A stretch of 50,775 bases of DNA, taken from Bigelowiella natans CCMP2755 (lineage: Eukaryota; Protista; Cercozoa). Below, one piece after another: positions 1-12,840 of this stretch (positions are counted from its first letter, which is position 1; each line of letters starts with the position of its first letter). The translations under genes and the position numbers were made by a program. The notes beneath the pieces were generated by a model that was not told the origin of the DNA, did no database searches, and saw nothing but the letters and a program-made list of their open reading frames with translations. The stretch lies in assembly GCA_000320545.1 (NCBI GenBank), contig ADNK01000969.1, positions 1 through 50,775 on the forward strand. Reading direction: 5' to 3'.

Positions 1-379
1 GTGATCAAATTGAATTATTTGTTCAAAATAGTCCATCCTAATGTAGCTGTACAATGCAGCGGCTACAGCGCTACGTTTAATCTTGTTAACCTCTCTAGGT
101 CTGCTGTCATGTGTTTCATGCAATTGAATGCATCTCATGCATTTGACAGTACAAATTAGGATGTCTAGATGTCTAGATGTGCCAGTAGGCATCAATAGCA
201 TCTGATTTCCATCAATGTAAATTTTTTGAGAATAAACACTTTATATTTGATTGCTTCACACAGCAACTTGTGTGTAATAATCGCCATGCAATGTGAATAG
301 CCAACACATTAGTCACGCTGGGGGGGGGGGGGGGGGGGGGTGCGAAAGAAAAATTGTTTATTGTCAAATGTGATGTTAG

Positions 380-1543
380 GTATGGTTGGGCTGCTCGGTG
401 GATGCTCCACATGAAGAATCAAGGCCCTGAAGGCTGTCGTGTCCTCGCAGCGCTGCCGGAATATTTCGCCTCTGATATGGCTAATCTCTACATCCTCATG
501 AATCGTTTTGAACCCATCATGCTACGTTCGCAGGTCAGTGCTTGTGGTGGGGAGGGGCGGGGGGAGGGGGAGAAGAAGGAGAAGGAAGCAAATCTCTGAT
601 GCGTATTGAATTCTAAGCGAGCTTCTCTTTGCCATTAGTGGCAGACTTGTTACGACTATTCTCTGTCGCAACTGCTGATTCGCACGAGAAGTGTCTTTGA
701 GGCCTCATTATCCTCTCTCGATTCCCAAATCCAATGCATATGCATACACAGCCGATGGAAGATGTAATGCGCGTGGTGATGACTCTGATGGACTCCAGCA
801 TGCTCAAGAACGCAAGCTTGCGTGGCCAGCTCCCCGATGTGCTCAATCTTGCCCTGCCAGTCGCTAGCATTCCCTCCCCCGAGCACATGCTCGTTACGCA
901 GCAGTGCTTCACTAAAACCCTCATCCCTCGCCTCCTCGGGTTGTACGTCGAGATCGAGTTCGGAGAGAATCAGTTTTATAACAAGTTTCACACCAGGTTA
1001 GTGAGTGCTTGTAGCAATAGTCAAGGCAGGGGGGGGAGGGGGGGTGGCAAGCCTTGAATTAACGCAAAAGGACCGTTTAGAGTTCGGATATCGATTGAAC
1101 TTTCACCTTTTTAATGGACGCTGTCTTCTGCACCGAAAAGCCCCTGAGAGGGCTCTCGTTGTCTCCTTGTCGCATGCCCTGCGTTGAAGGCGGAACATAA
1201 TCACCCATCACCGACTTTGCCCATCGTACATACAAAATACGTGGAAAATCATCATCGTCGCCTCTCTCCTCCTCTAGGTACACGATTTCGCAGATTCTGA
1301 AGTTCCTCTGGCAGCACCCGGTCTACCATGAGTCGTTGCGCTCCTACGACCGCACCAAGATGATCCGATTTGTCAATATGCTCTGCAACGACGCCGTATG
1401 GCTGCTCGACGAAGCGCTGAAGCATCTGGAGGATATCAGGGTCGAGCAGAAGGCGATGTCCACATTGGAGTTCAAGAGGCAGAACTCTTTCGTTAGGCAC
1501 CGCCGGGAAGCACAGTAATTACACCGTTTACTTCTACTGCTAC

Positions 1544-1575
<32 letters not shown>

Positions 1576-2938
1576 CTGTCACCGAGAATATACATCCGAT
1601 TCCAAAGAGTTTCCCTGAGAGTCGGTGGCTCCTATGTCGCAGTTTGCCATTCGCAGCAGTTCTCCGTCGGCGCTATCGTAGCAGAGACGATGATGTCGCT
1701 GTGTTGTTGTTGTTGTTGTTGTTGTTGTTGTCTTGTTGTGTTACGTTGCATTGGAGGTTGGTTGACTGATGCGTGTGTCTCTATAATAATAATACCCAAC
1801 ATCAAAGGTTCTTGCAGCTTCAGCGAATGACACGGTCGCAGATGAATCTAGCTCACGCTTCGATACAGATGATTGGGTACATGAGCCAGGCCTACAAGGA
1901 ACCCTTCCTGTCCTCAGATCTCGTAGAGCGTGTTGCGGAGATGATAAACTACTACATAAACAAGTTCAATGGGCCGAGAGTAATCTCGCTCAAAGTAAGG
2001 AATACGCAATGATATTTGGCATTGATAACGACGGCGACGATGATGATGATGATGATGATGATGGTGATGATGCCTGTCTTCCATGTCCGATTTCTCTCGC
2101 CCCCCTCCTCCGGCTCTCCTTCATCATCGTCGTCATTCAAATCATTAGGTGAAAGAACCGAAGAAATTTGGCTTTCGGCCTAAGATACTAATGCGCGAGA
2201 TCATCCGCATATTCTTGGTTTTCGCGGAGGACCAGGCATTTCTGAAGGCGACTGCGAGCGACGAGCGTTCTTACGATACGTCGGTCTTTGCCAAAGCTGC
2301 AGCCAACTTCGAGAGGAAAGAGGTCCTCAATGATTCGGAGATGCGGAAGTTCAAAGCTGTGCTGGGGAAGCTGGAAGGGCTTGCGAACGAGATGAAGAAT
2401 GAGGATGAGCTGCTCAGCGACGCTCCTCAGAAATTTCTTGACCCAATCATGTCGACGATTATGAAGGTGGTGGTTGTCAGCGCCACAGCTGCTCGAAATG
2501 CACATACATTGTATCTTATCGGAACAATACGACTTGAAAAGTTTGATGTAGTAGATATCTGAATGTCATCGAATCTAATCCGAGCATAGCGTCCCGAAGA
2601 TAGACGACGTCTCATCTGCAACCCCCCCCCTCCCTTCCTTTATCTTCTCCCTTTGGCCCTTTACTCCCCCCTGATAGGATCCGGTGATGTTGCCTGAGTC
2701 GAAGGTGATAGTGGATCGGTCGGTGATCAAGAGGCATCTTCTGAACAGCACTACTGACCCCTTCAACCGCTCCAAGCTTGAAGTCGCCGACCTGGTTGAT
2801 ATGCCAGACCTCAAGAAAGAGATTGAGGAATTCATCCAGGGCCGTCGAAGGGATGCTGCTGCTGCTGCTGCTGCAGCTGCTGAGGGAAAGAGGAATAAGG
2901 GGGAACTGGGTGGAAGCAGTGAGAAGAAAAAAGAATAA
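380..2938 (+). CDS. UFD2: Ubiquitin conjugation factor E4 (U-box protein), C-terminal half; 5' exons lie outside or are missing from the window
   Basis: GT-AG exons 380-533, 752-996, 1278-1514, 1808-1994, 2149-2466 and 2678-2938 join in frame. They give UFD2-core motifs (LPEYF, QFYNKFHTRY, RFVNMLCND..LLDE, DERSY) and a C-terminal U-box (FLDPIMSTIMKDPVMLP..VDRSVIKRHLL..DPFNRSKL). Confidence 0.93.
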
Positions 2939-4240
2939 TAATAACCCGACTGATGATGATCAAAGTTCAATAATCGCGTAATAACAGCATGTCTAGCTAG
3001 CTGGATGTGTCGATCGTATGCTAGTGCAAATGCATCGCAGCGCTTGCGAGCTAGCTAAGTAAGTCTTCAATTTTTTAACATGCGCACTCATTACGTTATA
3101 ACAGCTGCTAGAGCCTAAATGATGTAATAGTGGACGATCTTAGCTTGTGATGACTACGCGTGCAATACAACGCAAGATGTGAATATAGACACGTCTGCTA
3201 ACATAGATGTACACAGATGACTAGTAGTCGTGCGCAGTGTGTGCGTGGGTATATGTAATCGAGCAGATAAGCTCCCTCGTAGGTCATCGTCGATCCGCTG
3301 CACCATGCTTTACCATAGATCTAGCTATCTAGCTATGCTCTAGATGCTAGCATGACAGGATGACAGCAGCATCGTGTGCAGGTGGCAGCACACATCAGAA
3401 TGGTCGTTATCCGGAACGCTAGTACGGCAACTCGGGTATCGCGCGCCACACGCTCGCACGCCAACAGGTTTTGGTGCAATGCTTGTGCATTTCTAGACTG
3501 GCGCATGCGCACGCCGCAGTGACAGCTAGGCGCACATCTGTAAGTACATGCTTGCATAGCTAGATGGGCTGCATGTTAGGATCACCATTGCATGAAATAT
3601 TTAATATATCTCATCATATCGCATCCGGCCATCTCACGATAATGCTTTCACACTTACAACTAGCTAGCAGAGATAAGATGGATCGAAACGGATGAAATGA
3701 ATATGTAATCGATGCATGCAACGCGCTTTCGATCTGCTATGATCATCCTAATAATGTTACATTTGTGCAAAGATTACAGCTATAGCAGCGCATAGCTAGA
3801 TAGTCCTTAGTATCTAGCAGGCATGTATATACGTACTACAAAATTCAGCGCCATTTTGTGTCAGATGAACAAGTGCGTCCGTGCGGCTGCAAGCCACGCG
3901 TATATGCACACTTGGCGACAAAGAGCAGCAGAGCGAGCAGGGGATAGCTGCTTCTATGCATCGTCTCAAGTGCATGCTAAACCTAGATGTATCTACTATT
4001 TCTACTATTTACGATATTTCCCGCTGCAATTTATGTATGCATGCGTATATGGGATTTTGTATATGTATGTGTAGTCAATAATAACAAAAAATACATCGCT
4101 ATTCAATTCCCTCTCGCTCAAAATGATCCTGACTGGAAAGCATCATCGAATAATGGCATGTTCGCTTTCGCCGTTCCCCACATGACGTTGAACGGAAAGA
4201 TGTCAGTTCCTAATCCCTGTTGCCAATTTGAGATCCAGAA
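2939..4240. other. Convergent intergenic spacer rich in short palindromes (CTAG, CATG, TGCA, AGCT)
   Basis: Examples: atgtctagctagct (~2989) and tctagctatctagctatgctctagatgctagcatg (~3320). It lies between the 3' ends of UFD2 and MPP-beta. Confidence 0.6.
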
Positions 4241-6515
4241 TTAGCAATCGAGGCGGTAAGTGCCTCTGCGCATTTGCACGTAATCCTTGATCTCGTGGGT
4301 GGGGCCAATAGCAGCCATGGCGTGGCACTGATCATATAAGTATTTGCCAGCTGCTGCCTTGATTGCCGCAGCGTCGACTGCTTGAATGCGGGCAACAGTC
4401 TCTAATGGGTGCATGCGGCGGCCATAGCAGAGCATTTGTCTTCCCAATTCCTCGCAAACCTGCACAACGACGACAGAAGAATGTTACGAAAATTGTCAAG
4501 GGAAATGTGTGAGCAAGCAAAGCAAAGCAAAGCAACATGCTTTATTATTATTACCTGAGTGCTTCCATCAGCAAGGCCCAAGGTGGAGATAATGAGGGTC
4601 TTCTTTGCCTGCTCGAGGAGAGTCTCATCAACCTCGTAGGAGAACTCGGTGATAGTTCCCTGGACGTTGTACATCAGATCATCGAGAGCCTGCGCCTCTC
4701 CGACAGCATAGATTCCGAAAAGACCGACGTCGCTGTACTGTGTGCAGAAAGCCGAGAGTTTCTTTGCCATTCGAAGCTTTGCGGATTTCTGCACAATAGG
4801 CACACGGGAAAATTGTCCCCCTGGAACCTGTTCCTCCCAGTTGCCGATCATATGTTGCATAACCTTTGGTAGGAGAAGAAAAGTCAAGGAAAAACTCAAC
4901 ACTGGGCGTCGTTCTGTCTAGAAATCACCAGTTGATTGGAAGAATCAAATCAAATCATCATCACCATCATCATCACCATCATCCTTACCAAGAAAGGGAA
5001 CGTATCAGGGTCGGTCCAGCCTCCAATTGGTAGCGCGTATGCAATATGAGCTTCTTGCATGTCGTCGTACCTCATACGAATCTCAGAGCCGGTGTAGACA
5101 GCTGGTTCAAGGGTGACAGGCTTCTTGCTTTCGGCTGGAACATTACCGAAATGCGTGTCTGCAAGCTTGACAAGCTCGTTGTGGTCAATGGCTCCTGCGC
5201 CAACAACCACCATGCGTGGCGCAGTGTAGTGCGTATCAACGTAATCCTAAATTGTAATCGTTGCTAGTGTGAGGAATCATTACACGTAGTATGGTAGGGG
5301 ACAGTGGTATTGCTATTACCTTGATCATCTCACGATTCATCGCGTTGATATTCTCAGTCGGGCCCAGAATGGTGCGCCCTAAGGAAGTGCCTCTGAAGGC
5401 AGTCTCGTGCAGTCGGTCGAATACAACCTTGAACGTGGTTATATACAGAAATCAGGGCGAAGCAGAGGATACCGATATTGTGTGAAGCTCACCTCTTCAA
5501 CCTGTCCCTCAACTTCCTGCATCTCTCTGAGGATTGTGCTCTTCTCTCGATCAATGTAATCTTGATCAAAGTTAGAGTTTTGGAGAATGTCTGAAAGGAT
5601 CTCAAGAGCTTTTCCTGTATCCTTCTTGAAGACACGCGCAAAGAACACGGTCTGCTCCCTTGAGGTGTAAGCGTTAAGATGGCCGCCCATGTTCTCAATC
5701 TCCATTTCCAGCTGGCTCTGGGTGCGGTTCTTGGTTCCCTAAAGGAGAGAACACCAAAGCTCACAATACAGCTCAAGAAGCATCAGGAAATTTAACTTTA
5801 CCTTGAAGAACATGTGCTCAAGGAAATGCGCCACACCGTTGTTTTCCTCGGTTTCGTATCGACTTCCAGTGTCAACCCACACCCCTACGGTGACAGAGTC
5901 CCCAGGAAAGGGCTCAGAAGCCACTCTCATACCATTAGAGAGCTTGCTCACGGAAGCCTTGGGCATGGTTTCCAAGTTTGGAATAGATGAGAATGACCGG
6001 AAGAGCTGAAATGGGACATCATGGAAAATGGACGTGCATACAATTTCACTCAGAAACCAAGATCATCCAGTTGTCATAATCGCCTCATATAGCATTGCTT
6101 AAATCGTTGGCGTTATCAGTTAGGTTCTTCAAGAAACACATAAAAGAGAGAACAGTTGGCTAAAGATACCACTACACTCCCAGAAATACACATTAAATAC
6201 ACTAGACCCCCATTGTAAACCACTGCTTGTGCATAAGCAACGTGATAGTTGCATGTACATGATAATTACGGTGATAAAAAAACAAGACTATCTATAGAAT
6301 CTGTGAAAGGATTGTAAACATGCTTTATACAACATCTGCATGTTTTTTGTGGCAAAGGGAGAGGATGGCTTTCTTTTGATACGACCCAACAAAATACATA
6401 GTGAGAAATCATACGCTTTCTGTTCACATCAAACAGGGCACGAAAATCTATCTGAGCCGTTCTTAGGATGAACCTTGGTCGTCCTTCTGGTGCGGGTGAG
6501 AGCGTGAGCGAACAT
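4241..6515 (-). CDS. MPPB: Mitochondrial processing peptidase beta subunit (M16 family)
   Basis: Seven exons (6515-6474, 6005-5802, 5738-5493, 5427-5320, 5246-4989, 4863-4555, 4459-4241) join in frame. The HFLEH inverted zinc motif ([24 protein letters not shown]) and [10 protein letters not shown] are present. The N-terminus [21 protein letters not shown] is a basic mitochondrial presequence. Confidence 0.95.
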
Positions 6516-6985
6516 GGCAGAGGCTCCCTGCTGGTAATCAGGTATGTAATCTGAGAGAGGGGCTATGTGCGCACCCAAAAAGTCCTCTTTAAGACCTTTC
6601 ACAGGATCTAAATCCCATTCCATTTCGACTGATAGTCCAATTCTACCTTCATTCGGCCAAAATTGCCCTTAATATCACCGAGAACCAACGGGATACTTGG
6701 AACACGCTGAGGCCGCGACGAACCTAACTGTTTTGTTGTTTTTTGGAGGAAAATCAAATAGTTTTGCGAAAATGTTTCCCAAATCCCGGTTTTAGTTCCC
6801 AGGTGGCGATGCGTCACGGGGCAAAATCCACACACGATACGAGGACGGCTGAGATTCTCTGGGAACTCTCGAAATCTCGAATCCCGGCGTTCCTTCCTTA
6901 AGCAAGCGAATCAAACCGAACTCAATCAGATACTCACACCTCCACAGAACCCCAACACCACAGAACCCCACGCACCAAGGAAAAG
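6516..6985. promoter_or_regulatory. Probable bidirectional promoter between MPP-beta and GST
   Basis: 470-bp spacer between divergent ATGs, free of microsatellites, with AATCCCGG at ~6782 and ~6880. Confidence 0.5.
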
Positions 6986-7807
6986 ATGAGCAAACCGTTT
7001 GAGAAGATCCAACTGATGTAAGCGGGAGGGTTTGGAGGAGGCAATTCGACTAAAGGGGTAGATCTTTAGCATTCGACCATTTACGTTCCTATTCTTTTCA
7101 GGTACTGGCCGGGGCGTGGCCTGATGGAGGTGCCTCGGATGATGCTTGCGGCGAGCAAGACTGAGTTTGAAGATGGCCGATACGGAGCCGATGAATTGAA
7201 GAAAATTGAAGCAGATCTTGCATGTAATCTTGGTCGAATGCCTGCCATCAAGATCGATGGTGAGCACACCATTGGGCAGTCGTCAGCGATCAACTACTAC
7301 ATCGCGTCGTCACTCGGGTACATGGGAAGTAGCATACTCGAGGCCGCACAGATCATATCGATTTTGGAGCACCTTCGGGAACTTAAGCAGGCACTTTACA
7401 AGGTGGCTGAGTATGGTACAAAGCCAGACCCGGAGAAGCTAAAGGCGTTCTTCACTGCTGGTGCAACGGACGTGTCCGGAATCGCGGAGCGCAAAACTAG
7501 GTCCGAGCGTGGGATGGTCTTCTATCTTGGCCGACTGGAGAGTCTAGTCGGAAAAGACGGCTTTGCTGTTGGTGGTAAGCTCAGCCTTGCAGATTTTCTT
7601 ATCTATAATTCCTTCGCCGAAAAGCTGACGGAGAAGGATAACGGCCTTTCCAAAGATGCTCAATACAGGGCGGAGCCTTTCCATTCTCTTAAACTCATGG
7701 AAGCCGCCCTGGAGAAAGCACCAAAGGTGAAGGCCATCACAAAGACTGTTGCATCAAACCCAGCTATTGTGGAGTATTTGTCTAAGCGCGGAAAGCAAAG
7801 CTTCTAA
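6986..7807 (+). CDS. Glutathione S-transferase (Tyr-type, sigma/pi-like)
   Basis: Exons 6986-7017 and 7102-7807. N-terminal LMYWPGRGLMEVPRMML, G-site LGRMPAIKIDG..IGQSSAI, and C-domain FAVGGKLSLADF. Confidence 0.88.
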
Positions 7808-8777
7808 AAAGGATTCTGTCCATCTAGCATGGCTACATCCCATCTTGCACATTTAAAAAAATAATATGCCATGAATATCGGCCGAAATAATCATAGTAAT
7901 GGTGGTGAAATCGTCATGATGATCGAACGTTGTGTGCACATTCGCATGACTCGTCGTCATTGTGCAACGTTATTGGACGTTGGACTTTCGCTTGCCTAAT
8001 AATAATCTCGACAATGCAACTGCAATCGCTCTGACATGTTGAATTGTGCGTGCCATGTGGCAGCACTAGAACATGTGTGTTATAGTCAATCGCTAGCATT
8101 TAATAGCTACACAAAAATGTTGCACATGATATGTAACAAGAACATTCTAGCATGTAAAAATAATATAATGTATATAATGCTTGTCGAACTACGCTGTGTT
8201 TCTTTGACTGCATGAAACACACCGTAGTATAGAAGTATAATAGCGGAGACCAACATATTCAATATTATATTATATTAGCGCTGTAGCTGCTGTCTAGCTG
8301 TATTGCACAGCTTAGACAGCTACATGAGGATGACCATTGAACAAATTCAATAATTGATTCATTACATCCGTTACATGCATCGTACGTGCATACAACACAC
8401 ACACACACGCGCGCGCGCGCGCGCACACATATACGTACCCCGGACATACGCGGAAGATGTGCATAGTTAGAGACACAGAGGAGCAGCATATACATTACAA
8501 ATTATCCTTGCAAGATCACATCTACATCTCTGTATATGCTATCGCCTGCACCTTAACACCAGATCTGAAATGTGCTGGCTTGCAATGCCCTGGGCCTATG
8601 TTTGCTCTTTATTATCTCTAAGCTGATGTCCTCGCGGCCAGCGAGAAATATGCATTGCTAAGCTTGTACGTGTATTGCATTGGTACTTCTAGATTCGCTC
8701 GATTTGATTCAATACTGTATATGTCTGTTGCATCGTGTGATCCAGTAGAACCAGCCAGCACCTCTACACTCGAAGTC

Positions 8778-10136
8778 CTATTTCAAGTCTTCTGACATGC
8801 ATCTGAAATACGCTCCAGATTCAGCAGAACGCGATATATTCTTTGAAGTTTGTTCAGCCTTTTTATATTCCAGCAAATGAATTTGCTCCTGTGATGGTTG
8901 GACGCTCCTGGAAGTGACTGGTGACATTTTTTCTCTATTTTTGGTAGAATCAGACAGAGTTCTCGTCTTGAACGTTTGATTATCAAATCCAGATAGGTCT
9001 CCACAAGCGAGAAATGGAACAATAATCTGCCGCACTTGCTTTTCAAATTCTGTAAGTTTTTCCTTTACATTTGAGGGAGCCTTCTTCTCTTTGAAATAAT
9101 CGTTCATACCATCTTCAGGTATTGCCGAGAACAGACGTGGTTTGTATCTGGATTGATATCGAAGAAATTCAGTATTTGCTACTAATTCGTACGGGCACCG
9201 GATAGAAATGACTTACCCAGACGGACAGCGAAATTTTCTACAAACAATGAAGTGTTCCGCACTTGCCTGACGTGAACTCTTCGGTTTCACCTAAGTTAAG
9301 CATTGATGATTATATCTATAATCCCTTTCATACTAGAACTCGAAAACAAACCAAGTGAACATTTTCAAAGAAAATGTCAAGTTGCATCTGTAAAAGCTGG
9401 ATACAGGGCCCTTTGAACACCTTCAATAATGATGTAACATCATCAACTTAGAACTTCTGGATGGTGTGCGATTAGGGTGAAACTGGCAAAAAAGAGGGAA
9501 GTGACTTTCGAAATACCACCTTCGCGACAAATGTGCCTTGGCTTTTCAAAAGATGAGTCGTTATATTCAAAGCCGCCAATAGTAGTTGAGCCTTTAGACC
9601 ATCATATATCAACCATCAATTAATTCATATCCACGAAAGATTGTGGCGTTCAATCAACCTGCAAGTACTCATCGACATCGTGAATCCCTGTAACATCTGG
9701 GGCACCGTCGCACACGACAAGTTCTGCCTTTTTCCCCTCAAAATAGTTCAGGATAGTCTTTGTAGTATCCATAGTGGTTATGTCTCCTTGGACAATATGC
9801 ACGCCTTTGATTGGTGCCATCTCCTGGAGGTCGACAGCAATCACTGGGCATGGGCCTTTCCTATTGTCCTCGGATGCAAATTTTCCTTCGTACAATCGTC
9901 GGGATAACACCTGGCTCCAACTCCCAGGCGCTGCACAGAGGTCCACCGCCCTTTCTACACCTTCGAAAATTTGGAACTGTCTATCAACGTCCAAAAGCTT
10001 GAATGCTGAACGGGCGCGAAGGCCCAATTCTTTTGCCTACAATGGTTAATCGTTGAGAGCTTTTCATCTACCATGTTTCCAGGGATAAGTATACTAGCTT
10101 TACCTTTCTATAATAAACATCACGCCCTTTGCTCAT
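8778..10136 (-). CDS. TRM7: tRNA (cytidine32/guanosine34-2'-O)-methyltransferase, FtsJ/RrmJ family
   Basis: Six exons with short introns read [98 protein letters not shown]. These match the TRM7/FTSJ1 subfamily. Confidence 0.92.
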
Positions 10137-10667
10137 GCTGTATTAGGTCCCTTAGGGTGGTGTCTTGAAAAGCGAGACGCTATGTTGCCGTCGAACACAC
10201 CTCCATTTTTTTCTAGTTCGTTCGAAAATACTTACACAGTAAAACCTTGATGATTCGACATTGCGACAATGATTTATTCCCTCATCACTAACACTAATCC
10301 TCGGCATTACTGGTATTGTTGACGACGCTGACAACAAAAACGATGACGACAACGGTTTGTTTCTGGGCAGATTTTCGAACTGACGGTATCTTACATGAGG
10401 AGTTATTTTTGAGAACGACAAGGACGATGACAGTAGTCGGCGATCTGTCATTTCGTAGCAGCACTTTTTAGCCTAAAAATTACGATATTTCCCGCATAGG
10501 AAAGACTGGAACGGGAGATAAGCCGAAGAGAAAGAACCGTTAACACACTCACAACCCAAACACAACAACCCCCCCACCAGGAGCAGTGCGGGAATAGAGC
10601 AGAGCCGAAATCGACGGACCTCTCGCAAGATCACTATAATTTCCCTTCGTGTGTTCATGGCTGGGTG
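10137..10667. promoter_or_regulatory. Probable bidirectional promoter between TRM7 and the membrane orphan
   Basis: Divergent spacer containing TTTCCCGC at 10488-10495 (matches the E2F consensus) and further CGGGA words. Confidence 0.45.
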
Positions 10668-11270
10668 ATGTCCTGCATTCGACCCGGTCGACGGCTCAGT
10701 GCGGGGCTCCTTTCCGGCCACGATTTGCTTCCGGTGCTTCAGGTTGCACAACGGTGGATATGGAGACGTAAGCGGGTAGCCATGTCGGCCCTCTTGGTGG
10801 CCTCTTGTGTTGCAAATATATTCGTATTACGTGCACCAACAAGTAAGGCCCTCCAGACTCGATTGTGGCAAAAGGAGCACAGTTCCAAGCCCTTCGATCC
10901 ACCGAAGCGCTCCTTCAAGCCGTCCTTCAAGCCCTTTTTCCAATGGGGCAGGAATAAAAAGTACGCCGAAGACAAAAACCAACTTTGTGGAGGATTTATG
11001 AGTGTTCTATGCGTCCTTCTTCATAGACTTCTGAAAAGCAGACAAAACTATAACGGGCAATAATAATGTCTTTGTTGTTCCCAGATCGAACTCCTCGCAA
11101 GGTGGTCCCGAAGTGGTGGACTGCAACAACGCTCGAAATCAACCTGACTCCTCCTCCTCGCTTGAGTCGGGTGAAGATGATGTGATATGGGGATATGGTG
11201 GGGAACATGGGAGCAGCGGGAGGGCGTGGTATCAGCCAATCGTGGATATACTACTCCCCACTTTCGGTAA

Positions 11271-11312
<42 letters not shown>

Positions 11313-11329
11313 TGATATATAGTGTGTGC

Positions 11330-11382
<53 letters not shown>

Positions 11383-11880
11383 TGTGCGTCTACGAGTGTT
11401 TTAATCTATGTAGAACGTCAGTATTTTTTGCACAAATTCCCCAACTCCATCCGCACACGCATATTAGCCATATTATATATTATTTCTTTGCATGGATATT
11501 TTACTCGGCCCCAGTAGCCGTCAAATCGATGCAGTCTTCACCAACGACTTTCGTAGTACTACATCCCTTGAGCTGATCGATAGATCGATTTAGATAAGCT
11601 GCTAATTCTTATCCACGCGTATGTCAGATTCTGGGCCTCTTCTCCCCGAGAACGTCTTATGGATGATTCTGTACGTCTGTCGCATCAAACTCCTAATTTA
11701 AGCAAGATTTTCTTTTCTTTTCACACATATCCTGATAATCCTTACTTTTGCCGCTACATAAGCACAATAATATTTATCTGGGGACTACCCTTTCACTTTA
11801 TTTAAGTTTCCATTTATGTTGCATTGTTTTCAGCTTGGGCGCATCATTACTTATTTTGGGCATATTGTTTGCTTGCGGGT

Positions 11881-11963
<83 letters not shown>

Positions 11964-12559
11964 AAGTAAGGAGTATTAAACAAGGAAAAACGGAACGTAC
12001 GACTGGAGTACGGTGTCTAATGTCGGTGTTCACCATGTTCATCAATCAAAACCATTCAATAACGTCAAATTGAGCTAGTTGCCTGATTGCCCATTATGAC
12101 AATCCAGCTTCAAGCAATATATAATGACGAACCCACAGTTGTTATATTGCATGGGCTCGTTCATTCGGTGCACACCCTGTGTGAAATGCGTCCAGTGTTT
12201 CTTCCTCATTGGCTACCACGTGCTCTGCTGTGAGGGCTTGTGTCGGACCGCATGCCTCTTTGCTTGCCAATGTCCCAACTGCAACTGCGATGACGAGTCG
12301 CCTTCCTACGGATTGACGAGGAAATCGGATCCACCTCTAGAAGATGAAACGCCAAGACTGGTATGCTGCTTTCGATTGTGCTGCTAGTTGTCGTGGCGGC
12401 GGCGGCGGTGGCCTTGTTTATTTTTCAAGGATTTGATAATAAGGATGTTGGATGGTGAATAGTGTGAGAGGTTGTTACCGCACCTAGTGGTGATGCGCTT
12501 GACGCATACATAAGTTTACTCAACTGCATATGCACACACACACACACACACACATACAA

Positions 12560-12641
<82 letters not shown>

Positions 12642-12840
12642 CATTGTATATATTAATATACACATCAACTATACATACTGCCTGTGCGCATATATAGTCT
12701 TCCAAAATATGCCTGTACCCTGGGATGTCAAACTCTCTTTTGATGGGCTTATGTTTATTCTTTTTCAGTTATCATATCCGCACCCCACTTACACAGTCCC
12801 CGAAATACGGGGTAGGACGGAAGGAGATCTTCACATGTAA
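10668..12840 (+). CDS. Uncharacterised ~295-aa membrane protein with an N-terminal hydrophobic segment, one internal TM helix and a Cys-rich juxtamembrane region
   Basis: Exons 10668-10960, 11085-11266, 11628-11670, 11834-11878, 12108-12360 and 12769-12840 are all GT-AG, phase-compatible, and total 888 nt. TM VLWMILLGASLLILGILFACG is followed by a region with ~13 Cys. No family recognised. Confidence 0.6.
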
